Source: Candidatus Eiseniibacteriota bacterium (GTDB lineage Bacteria; Eisenbacteria; RBG-16-71-46). From it: a DNA stretch of 64,000 nucleotides. The notes beneath the pieces are model-generated. The model ran no database searches and was not told where the DNA came from. It saw only the letters and a list, made by a program, of their open reading frames with translations. The number at the start of each line of letters is the position of its first letter. Positions within the stretch are counted from its first letter, which is position 1. Of the stretch, positions 52,179-64,000 are shown piece by piece. The translations under genes were made by a program, and so were the position numbers. The stretch is taken from assembly GCA_963717935.1 (NCBI GenBank), contig CAVQXP010000004.1:1184001-1248000 (forward strand), read 5' to 3'.

Positions 52179-53383
52179 ATGAACCTCTACCTGCGCGATG
52201 TCGTCGCCCTGGTGTCTCTGCTCGTGTTCATCGCGCTCAATGGCTTCTTCGTGGCGGCCGAGTTCGCGCTGGTGACGGTGCGCTGGACGCGGGTCGAGGA
52301 GCTGGTGAGCCGTGGCCGGTTCGGAGCGAAAGTCGGTGGCGAAGGCGCTCGAACATCTCGACGACGCCATCGCCGCGACGCAGCTCGGCATCACCTTCGC
52401 GAGCCTCGCCCTGGGCTGGATCGGCGAGCCCGCGCTCGCGCACCTGCTGGCGCCCCTGTTCCACGGGCTGCCGGAGATCTGGGGCCTGGTGCTCAATCAC
52501 GCGCTCGCCGTGTCGCTGGCCTACCTGCTGCTCACCTACCTGCACGTGGTGCTGGGCGAGCTGGCCCCCAAGGCCATCGCCCTGCAGCGCGCCGAGGACG
52601 TGGCCCTGATCGTGACCGGGCCGCTGCTCGTCTTCTCGCGCATCTTCCGTCCGTTCATCCTGTTCATGAACGGCTCGGGGAACTGGGTCGTGCGCCTGCT
52701 CCGGCTGCCGCCGCCGCGTGCCGACCAGGATGTCCACTCGCTCCAGGAGTTGGGCATGCTGGTCGAGGAGACCGCCGAGGCCGGCATGATGGCGACCGAC
52801 CAGGCCGAGTACGTGCGCAACGTCTTCCGCCTGAGCGGCAAGCGGGTGCGCGATGTCATGGTGCCGCGCGAGAAGGTGGTCACGCTCTCGCTGCAGGCCT
52901 CGCCCGAGGAGGTCCTGGCGACCTGCCGCGAGACGGCGCATACGCGCATGCCGGTGTGGGAGGGAGACCCCGACAACATCGTGGGTATCGTCAACACCAA
53001 GAACCTCTTCCACCTGTTCAGCCAGTTCAAACTCGTGTTGTTGGAAGACGCCATGTACCCGCCCATCTTCGCGGACTCGGACCAGTCGGTGGGCAGGCTG
53101 CTCGGCATCTTCCGCCGCGAGCGGCGTCCGATGGCGGTGGTGCGCGACGCGGACGGGCAGATTCCACGGCATCGTCACGCTGGAGGACATCCTCGAGGAG
53201 ATCGTCGGCGAGATCGAGGACGAGCACGACGCGCCGCCGCCGGCAAAGCCCGGCGCGGCCGTTCCCGCGGTGCCCTCGCGCCCGGGCTCGGCGCTCGCCA
53301 CCGGCCCGGTGGCGGTGCCCGGCCGGACCCCACCGCCCGCTCCCGGCGCCACCCCGCCGCCCGGCGGGCCCGCCAAGGGCTGA
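52179..53383 (+). CDS. HlyC/CorC (CNNM+CBS) membrane protein (frameshifts near 52333 and 53160)
   Basis: [16 protein letters not shown]...L.LGW.GEP, GELAPK, CBS pair, [18 protein letters not shown]. Confidence 0.88.
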
Positions 53384-53565
53384 CCCCGGTCCGCGCATCG
53401 CCGAGGCCGGGCCGCCACGGTCAGGCCCCCGGCGGCCGCTCCGCCGACCGCGGAGCCCGCGCAAGTTTGTCTTGTCGCAGCGGTTCGGGTGTGGTACCGC
53501 TCCTCGCGGTTCACACGGACGTGCCCGGAGTCTGAACCGGCCAAACTCATTTGGCGGGGGAAGCC

Positions 53566-54075
53566 ATGCCTCAGTGGACTCTGTTCGAAAACGACTTTCG
53601 CTCCATCGATGGTGTTCTGAACGGGTTGCTCGAACGGACCAACGCGCTTTCAGTGCACCTGGTGGACCGCTCCGGCCAGCTCATCACCTCGGTCGGACGC
53701 ACCGGTGACTTCGATGCCACCGCCTTCGCCAGCCTCGTGGCGGCCGATTTCACGGCCAACGCCGAGCTTTCCCAGTTGATGGGGGAAGAGGGTCTCGCAG
53801 CCGTGGTGAGCGAGGGACGCGAGCGCTCGGTCCACTCGTGCCTGCTGGCCGGGCGGGTCATCATGTGCACCGTCTACGACCGACGCAGCACGCTGGGGCT
53901 GGTACGGTTCCGGGCGAACCGGGCGGCGCAGGACCTGGGCGATATCTTCGAGGGCCTGTTCGAGAAGGTGGGCCTGTTCGAGCCCGGCCTGCAGCCCGAG
54001 CCGCAGATGGAGCCGACGAGCCCCGAGTTCGCGCTGGCCGCGAGCCAGGAAGTCGACGCTCTCTTCGGCGACTGA
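53566..54075 (+). CDS. mglB: Roadblock/LC7 protein MglB
   Basis: LVDRSGQLI, ASL.A..F.A, LGLVR; directly upstream of mglA. Confidence 0.88.
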   Translation: MPQWTLFENDFRSIDGVLNGLLERTNALSVHLVDRSGQLITSVGRTGDFDATAFASLVAADFTANAELSQLMGEEGLAAVVSEGRERSVHSCLLAGRVIMCTVYDRRSTLGLVRFRANRAAQDLGDIFEGLFEKVGLFEPGLQPEPQMEPTSPEFALAASQEVDALFGD

Positions 54076-54117
54076 CCACACCGCGCAACGTCACCTGGGC
54101 GAGACGAGGGGGACCTC

Positions 54118-54790
54118 ATGGCGCTCATCAACCACCGGGCGCGCGAGATCCACTTCAAGGTCGTCTACTTCGGGCCCGGGTTGGGCGGCAAGACCACCAA
54201 CCTGCGCTTCCTGCACGACCGTCTGCCTGCGGAGCGGCGCGGACGGCTCATCTCGATCGCGACCGATCACGAGCGCACGCTGTTCTTCGACTTCCTGCCC
54301 GTGGACCTGGGGCAGGTGAACGGCTTCCTGACGCGCTTCCACCTCTACACGGTGCCCGGACAGGTCTACTACCGGCTCTCGCGCCGCGCCGTGCTGCAGG
54401 GGGCCGACGGGCTGGTCTTCGTGGCCGACTCGCACCCGGCACGCGAGCAGGCGAACGTCGACTCGCTCGCACGACCTCGCCACGCACCTGCGCTCGATGG
54501 CCCTGACCCCGGCGCAGCTCGAGCGCATCCCGCGCGTCTTCCAGTGGAACAAGCGCGACCTGCCCGCGGCGCTGCCGGTCGAGCGTCTGCGTGCGGCGCT
54601 CAACCCGGGCGCCGCGCCCGAGTTCGAGGCGGTGGCTTCCGAGGGCCGTGGCGTCAGCGAGACGCTGCGGACCATCTGCAAGGCCGTGCTCGCCCGGCTG
54701 GGTGGGGAGGGGCGGACGCCGGCGCCCCGGCCCGTGACGGTCGTGCCGGCGTCGCAGCCCGGTGCCGCCGTCCCGGTGCCACAGCCATGA
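54118..54790 (+). CDS. mglA: Small GTPase MglA (frameshift near 54468)
   Basis: [36 protein letters not shown]. Confidence 0.9.
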
Positions 54791-55254
54791 AGGCCCTGGC
54801 CCGCTTCATCGCCACGCTGGGCCCTGTGGGCTCGGCCCCGATCGCCCCGGCGACGGCCGGCAGCGCCGTCGTGGTCCTGGCGGGCTACTTCGTCCCGGTC
54901 CCGGCGCTCTGGGTGGCGCTGCTGCTCATCCTGGCCTGCGCGGCGCTGGCCGTCTGGAGCGCCGGCGAGGCCGAGATGGCCCTGGGTCACGACGCCAAGC
55001 CCATCGTCATCGACGAGGTCGTCGGCCAGAGCCTGGCCCTGCTCTTCGTGCCGCACAGCCCGCTCGCCTTCCTCGCCGCCTTCGTCCTGTTCCGCGGCTT
55101 CGACGTCTGGAAGCCGCTCGGTGCGCGCGAGATCCAGCGGCTCCCGGGTGGCTGGGGCGTGGTCGCTGACGACGTGGTCGCGGGGCTCACGGCCTGCGGG
55201 GCCTTCCACCTCGGTTTCTGGGCTCTGCAGCGCTTCGGCGGGTTCGCGGGCTGA
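54787..55254 (+). CDS. pgpA: Phosphatidylglycerophosphatase A
   Basis: P.T.GS, D...IVIDEV.G, FR.FD..KP, DDVVAG. Confidence 0.9.
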   Translation: MKALARFIATLGPVGSAPIAPATAGSAVVVLAGYFVPVPALWVALLLILACAALAVWSAGEAEMALGHDAKPIVIDEVVGQSLALLFVPHSPLAFLAAFVLFRGFDVWKPLGAREIQRLPGGWGVVADDVVAGLTACGAFHLGFWALQRFGGFAG

Positions 55255-55513
55255 ACCAAGCGGTTGCCCCGCGGGAGGTTGGTGCTGGCCTTCGGGAATC
55301 CTCTTGAGTTCCCGGGATTCCCGGCCGATATTCTCCTTGTCTTCGGTCGGTCAGGATGTGCAGCAGACGTTCGATTCCGCCAGGGACACCTGGCGGTTTC
55401 TGTTTGAAGGCGCATCGGTCGAACGAAGTACGGCCATGGTGGCCGGACGTTGCCGCCACGTGATGAGGCGGCAGAGCAAGGGGTCTCCGGATCCCGGTTT
55501 CAAGGAGTCTCAA

Positions 55514-55714
55514 GTGGCTCGTGGCACGGTGAAGTGGTTCAACGAGGCGAAGGGTTTCGGTTTCATCTCTCAGGAAGGTGGCGAGGACGTGTTCGTGCAC
55601 TTCTCGGCCATCCAGGGCGACGGCTTCAAGTCGCTTGCCGAGGGCGAGGCAGTGGAGTTCGACGTCACGCGTGGCCCGAAGGGGCTGCAGGCGTCGAACG
55701 TCCGCAAGGCATAG
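55514..55714 (+). CDS. Cold-shock protein
   Basis: SD AAGGAG, GTG start; GTVKWFN..KGFGFI, VFVHFS, KG.QA.NV. Confidence 0.95.
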   Translation: MARGTVKWFNEAKGFGFISQEGGEDVFVHFSAIQGDGFKSLAEGEAVEFDVTRGPKGLQASNVRKA

Positions 55715-55891
55715 CCCGGGGAACCACCTCACGCCGCGGGCGGCATCCTCCGGGATGCCGCCCTGAGCGTTTCTGCAGCACCGGCCCTGGCGCCGGACCT
55801 CTGACAGAGAGCCCTCGCGGCCGCCCGGCCTGCAAGCAGGTCGCCCGCCTGGTTGCGCAGGGGCTCGGCGTTGCGGCACAGTCCAGCCGCC

Positions 55892-57409
55892 ATGCAGATC
55901 GAGATCGTCACCATCGGCAACGAAGTGCTCTCGGGCCGTACCGTGGACACGAACTTCGCCTGGCTCGCGCGCGCGCTGGAGCGCGCCAGCGTCCAGGTGG
56001 CCTGGCACACGACCGTGGGCGACACGGCCGAGAGGATCGGCGAGGCGCTCAAGCGCGCGCTCGAGCGCGCCGACGGCGTGGTGATGACCGGGGGCCTGGG
56101 GCCCACGCCGGATGACATCACCCGCCGGGTCATCGCCACGGTGCTCGCCCGTCCGCTCCAGCTCGACGAAGCCGTGCTCGAACACGTCCGCGAGCGGGCG
56201 AAGCGTTCCGGGCGGCGGCTGCCGGCCTCGATCGAGAGCATGGCGCTCCTGCCGCGCGGGGCCGAGGCGTGGCTCAACCCGGTGGGCTCCGCGCCGGGGA
56301 TCCTCGTGCTGCAGGGCGAGAAGCCCTTGATCCTGCTGCCCGGTGTGCCCCACGAGATGGAAGCGCTCGCGACCGAGCGCGTCGTGCCCTATCTGCGCCA
56401 GCGCACCGGTCGCACGGTCGAGACCTTCACGCTGCGCACCTTCGGCGTCTTCGAGAGCCAGCTGCACGAGCTGATCGGGGCGCGGCCGCAGCGCTGGAGC
56501 GGTGCCTCGCTGGCCTACCTGCCGAGCTACTTCGGCGTGGACCTGCGCGTGACCGTGGCCGGCGCGGGCGAGTCCCAGGTGAAGGAGACGACCGCGCAGG
56601 CCTACGCCGAACTCCGGGATCTGGTGGGCGGCCTGGTCTATGCGGAGGGCGAGCGCGCCATGGAGGACGTGGTGGGCGAGGCGCTGGTGGCGCGCGGCTG
56701 GCGCATCGCCACGGCCGAGTCGTGCACCGCGGGGCTGCTCTCCAAGCGTCTCACCGACGTGCCGGGCTCCTCGCGCTACTTCGACCGCGGCTTCGTGACC
56801 TACACCAACGACGCCAAGGTCGAGCTGCTGGGCGTGAGCGAGATCGACCTCGCCGCGCACGGCGCCGTGAGCGCTCCGGTGGCCGAGCAGATGGCGCACG
56901 GCGCGCGGCATCGGGCGGGTGTGGACCTGGGCGTGGCCATCACCGGCGTGGCCGGCCCCGAGGGCGGCAGCGAGGAGAAGCCCGTGGGCACGGTGTTCGT
57001 CGCGCTCTCCTCGAGCGAGGGCGAGACCGTGCGCCGCTTTCAGTTCGCGGGCACGCGCGCCACGATCCGCGAGCGCAGCGTCCAGGTCGCGCTCGACCTG
57101 GCGCGCCGTGCGCTGCTCGGGCTGGCGCTCGACCCCAAGATCGAGGAGAGGCCGGGCCGGTCGAGCCGGCCCACGCCGCGCGGGGCCGGCCGGCCCGCGC
57201 CAGGGTCCGCCGTGCAGCCGGGGTCCGCGGACGCCGGCGCTCCCGCGCCCCGGGCCGCGGGGCGTCCCGCGCCTGCGGACATCGACGCTCCGGCACCGCG
57301 GGCCCCGGGGCGTCCCGCACCCGGAGCGGCCGGAGGTCCGGCGCCGCGCACGGCGCCGCGGCGCAGGGCGCAGCCCCCGGAGCCGGGCGAGGAGAGGAAG
57401 GGCGGCTGA
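55892..57409 (+). CDS. cinA: CinA / NMN deamidase with low-complexity C-terminal tail
   Basis: GNEVLSG...DTN, GGLGPT.DDIT, PGVP.EM, AESCT.G, HGAVS, GVAGP.G. Confidence 0.92.
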   Translation: MQIEIVTIGNEVLSGRTVDTNFAWLARALERASVQVAWHTTVGDTAERIGEALKRALERADGVVMTGGLGPTPDDITRRVIATVLARPLQLDEAVLEHVRERAKRSGRRLPASIESMALLPRGAEAWLNPVGSAPGILVLQGEKPLILLPGVPHEMEALATERVVPYLRQRTGRTVETFTLRTFGVFESQLHELIGARPQRWSGASLAYLPSYFGVDLRVTVAGAGESQVKETTAQAYAELRDLVGGLVYAEGERAMEDVVGEALVARGWRIATAESCTAGLLSKRLTDVPGSSRYFDRGFVTYTNDAKVELLGVSEIDLAAHGAVSAPVAEQMAHGARHRAGVDLGVAITGVAGPEGGSEEKPVGTVFVALSSSEGETVRRFQFAGTRATIRERSVQVALDLARRALLGLALDPKIEERPGRSSRPTPRGAGRPAPGSAVQPGSADAGAPAPRAAGRPAPADIDAPAPRAPGRPAPGAAGGPAPRTAPRRRAQPPEPGEERKGG

Positions 57410-57966
57410 TGCGCCTCTTCCTTGCGGTCTTCCCGCCTGTCGAGGTCCGGCGCGCCGCCTGCGGCTTCATCGAAGCGCTGCGCCGTCCCGGCGACGGTCT
57501 CTCGTGGGTGAAGCCCGAGAACCTGCACTACACGCTGCGCTTCCTCGGCGAGGTGGGGGAGGACGGCGCGCGGCGCGCGGCAGAGGCCGCGACCGAGGCG
57601 GCGGTGAAGTCGCGTGCGTTCGCCTCCGCGCTGGGGGGGATCGGCGCGTTCCCCGATCCGCGGCGCGCGCACGTCCTCTGGGTGGGGATGAGCGAGGGCG
57701 GCGAGGCGCTGGTGGCGCTGGCGCGGGACCTCGACCGCGCGCTGGCGAGGCGCGGTTTCGGCGCGCCCGACAAGCCGTTCTCCCCGCACCTCACGCTGGG
57801 CCGCGTGCGCGAGCCGCGCCGCGACTGGACCGCTGCGCTCGCCGAGCTCCGCCCGGTCGATCTGCCGGCCCGCTTCACGGTGGACCGCATCTGCGTGGTC
57901 GAGAGCCAGTTGAACCCGCGCGGCTCGATCTACACCGTGCGCGCCGAGGCTGCCCTGGCGTGCTGA
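57409..57966 (+). CDS. thpR: RNA 2',3'-cyclic phosphodiesterase (2H family)
   Basis: MRLFLA, HYTL and HLTL motifs. Confidence 0.9.
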   Translation: MRLFLAVFPPVEVRRAACGFIEALRRPGDGLSWVKPENLHYTLRFLGEVGEDGARRAAEAATEAAVKSRAFASALGGIGAFPDPRRAHVLWVGMSEGGEALVALARDLDRALARRGFGAPDKPFSPHLTLGRVREPRRDWTAALAELRPVDLPARFTVDRICVVESQLNPRGSIYTVRAEAALAC

Positions 57967-58028
57967 ACGGGGGCGTGGCTCCCGCAACCCATTGCGCCGC
58001 AGGCGTTCAGGTTCGTTGAAGTCCGTGC

Positions 58029-58057
58029 TTCCCATCTACTGCCCAAATGTGTAGTAT
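58029..58057 (+). promoter_or_regulatory. recA promoter with overlapping palindrome (candidate SOS box 58037-58056)
   Basis: TTCCCA-N17-TAGTAT; TACTGCCC-AAAT-GTGTAGTA. Confidence 0.5.
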
Positions 58058-58165
58058 GCCCCCGCAATCAGACCCGTGACCCCGGGGGGCGAGTCACCTA
58101 TCTTCATGCAGAACGTCCCCGCACCGCCCCTTTGAGAGTAGAGCCCCTGCGAAGGAGACGCAGAC

Positions 58166-59308
<1,143 letters not shown>

Positions 59309-59386
59309 AGCGGTCGAAGAGGCGGCCCGGGTCCGCGCGGGCCGCCTCCTGCCGCGCTCCCGGCTCCCTGGTCCCAGGTTCCCGTC

Positions 59387-60244
59387 TTGGAGGTCGCTCC
59401 CATCCGGCTGCAGACCTGCCCCAACTGCCCTGACGCCTCCGCACGGGAGGTGTTCACCTGCGACGGCGCGCGGATCGTGCGCTGCCTCTCGTGCGGCCTC
59501 GAGCGGGCGGAGCGCTACCCCGATCTCGACCAGGAGGAAACGCGAGTCTACCCGGCAGCCTACTTCGAGCGGGCCGTGGTGGAGGAGGCGCGGCGCACGG
59601 CCATCTACCAGGAGTTGCTGACCGATCTCGAGGCGCGGCTCGGGCGCAGGGGACGGCTGCTGGACGTGGGGGCGGGCGAGGGGCAACTGGTGCGCACGGC
59701 GCTGGCGCGCGGCTGGCAGGCCGAGGGCACCGATGTCTCCTCGGCCGCGGTCGAGTTCATGCGTCAGCGTTACGGCCTGATCGCGCACCGCGGCGAGATC
59801 GAACGGCTCGGGCTCCCGGCGGCTGCCTTCGACGTGGTCGTGATGTCGCACGTGCTCGAGCACGTGCGTGACCCCGGCTCGACGCTCGCGGCGGTGCGCG
59901 AACGGCTCGTGCCGGACGGGCTCCTGCGCGTCGAGGTGCCGAACCTGGCCGGGCTCTCGGCGCGCGCGAAGAACCTACTGAGCCGGCTCGGGCTCAAGCG
60001 GCACCCCTGGAAGCACTATTCCACGGGACACCACTTCTGGTTCTTCACGCCACGCACCCTCGCCCGGACCATCGCGTCCGCGGGCTTCGAGCGCCTGATG
60101 CTGCGGGCGCCGGCCGAGCAGTGGGACGCACGGGGCGGGGGCCTGCAGCTCGTCAACGCGGTCTACCAGCGCTTCCTCTGGGGCGGGCACGCGGTGGCGT
60201 TCGCGCGGCGGCCGGGCGCGGAACGAGGGGGGGCCGCAGGATGA
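59387..60244 (+). CDS. Class I SAM-dependent methyltransferase with N-terminal Zn ribbon
   Basis: CPNC..CLSC, LLDVGAG.G, HVLEH, EVPN, H.WFF. Confidence 0.82.
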   Translation: MEVAPIRLQTCPNCPDASAREVFTCDGARIVRCLSCGLERAERYPDLDQEETRVYPAAYFERAVVEEARRTAIYQELLTDLEARLGRRGRLLDVGAGEGQLVRTALARGWQAEGTDVSSAAVEFMRQRYGLIAHRGEIERLGLPAAAFDVVVMSHVLEHVRDPGSTLAAVRERLVPDGLLRVEVPNLAGLSARAKNLLSRLGLKRHPWKHYSTGHHFWFFTPRTLARTIASAGFERLMLRAPAEQWDARGGGLQLVNAVYQRFLWGGHAVAFARRPGAERGGAAG

Positions 60245-60290
60245 GCCGTTCCGCCCTGCCTCCCCGGCGCCAGCCCGGGGTCTGCTGAGC

Positions 60291-60803
60291 ATGCGCGCCC
60301 GCCCGCCCGTCCGGCTCCAGGAGGCCGATCGCTCGATCGACGTCGGGGCCTGCCGCGAGGCGGCGCTGCGGCTGCTCGAGCGCCAGCGGCGCACGCGCTC
60401 GGACCTCGAGCGGCGGCTGCGTGACAAGGGCTACGCCGCGGCGACGGTTGGCGAGGTGCTCGACCGGCTCGCCGGCGTGGGGCTGGTGGACGACGTCGAG
60501 TACGCGCGGGCCTTCACGGCCGGGCGCCGGGCGCGCCGCTCGGCGGGTGCGCGCCGGATCGAGCAGGAGCTGCGCGCGCAGGGCGTGAGCGCCGAGGACA
60601 TCGAGACGGCGCGCCTCAGGCTCGACGCGGAGCAGGGTGGGATGGACGAGGTAGCGGCCGCGCGCAAGGTGGTCGCCCAGGCCGAGCGGCGCACCCGCGG
60701 GCTCGAGCCGCGCCTGCGTCGCCAGCGGCTCTATGCGCTGCTCGCCCGGCGCGGTTTCGACGGCGATGTCATCCGCCGCGCGCTGGACCTGCCGGAGGAG
60801 TAG
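60291..60803 (+). CDS. recX: Regulatory protein RecX
   Basis: A.RLL..., L...G.VDD..YA, I..EL...GV, L.RRGF. Confidence 0.88.
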   Translation: MRARPPVRLQEADRSIDVGACREAALRLLERQRRTRSDLERRLRDKGYAAATVGEVLDRLAGVGLVDDVEYARAFTAGRRARRSAGARRIEQELRAQGVSAEDIETARLRLDAEQGGMDEVAAARKVVAQAERRTRGLEPRLRRQRLYALLARRGFDGDVIRRALDLPEE

Positions 60804-60970
60804 CGGGGCCGGAGGAGTGGCAGGGTCGCCGGTCGCCGGAGCCCGGGTTCAGAGACCGGGCGGCCTTCCTGTATAGTCCCGTGTCTCGACGCCCGGAGCC
60901 TGCGGCCGCGTGACCCGGCCGCCATGGCCATGGCTTCAGGGACCTGCGTGTCACCGACTTGGGAGAACGG

Positions 60971-63697
<2,727 letters not shown>

Positions 63698-63728
63698 GGA
63701 CGGTGGACTCCGGGAGAGGGGATTCACG

Positions 63729-64000
63729 ATGAAGGCTCTGGTACTGGCGGGTGGCCGCGGTACGCGGCTCCGCCCCATCACGCACACCGCCGCCAAGCAG
63801 CTCGTGCCGGTGGCCAACAAGCCGGTGCTGTTCTACGGCCTCGAGGCGCTGCGCGATGCCGGCATCCGGAAGGTCGGCATCGTGGTGAGCGATCCGCGCG
63901 AGATGCTCCAGCCCGACTCGCGCACCGGCGAGCGCACCACGATCATGGTGAACAGCCAGGCCGAGATCCGCCACGCGGTGGGCGACGGTTCGGCCTTCGG
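63729..64000 (+). CDS. rmlA: Glucose-1-phosphate thymidylyltransferase (partial)
   Basis: MKALVLAGG.GTRLRP.T...AKQL.PVANKP. Confidence 0.85.
   Translation, partial: MKALVLAGGRGTRLRPITHTAAKQLVPVANKPVLFYGLEALRDAGIRKVGIVVSDPREMLQPDSRTGERTTIMVNSQAEIRHAVGDGSAF

Overview
Very GC-rich bacterial chromosome segment. Gene content suggests an FCB-group diderm such as Ca. Eisenbacteria, but this is inference. In order: the 3' end of lptD; a copper-resistance cluster (copA, small membrane ORF, Cys-rich RAPP-motif leader ORF, TolC/CusB/CusA RND system, cupredoxin); galT; a TPR-zincin; a probable selenoprotein (CGU motif, SECIS-like hairpin, degenerate UshA-like domain fused to a tetraheme cytochrome c); envelope genes; hydantoinase/oxoprolinase A/B; nagZ; an S41 protease; a DUF62 SAM hydrolase; a GT9; iscS-mnmA; an ABC-2 exporter; six tRNAs (all four Ser isoacceptors, Arg-ACG near tadA, Ala-CGC); an FNR-like regulator; OmpA; SRP RNA; and the core run dnaX-ybaB-recR-hlyC-mglB-mglA-pgpA-csp-cinA-thpR-recA-MTase-recX-alaS-rmlA. 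Many 1-nt frameshifts, some in essential genes, point to an uncorrected long-read assembly. I saw no CRISPR array, IS element, integrase or prophage. Best leads: (1) the selenocysteine UshA-like/multiheme protein, which the ORF track truncates; (2) the double-RAPP leader ORF whose last codons can pair with the downstream tolC Shine-Dalgarno; (3) a candidate Fibrobacter-like SOS box at recA; (4) an FNR box upstream of a secreted protein with a C-terminal WGxxKxxYR motif.
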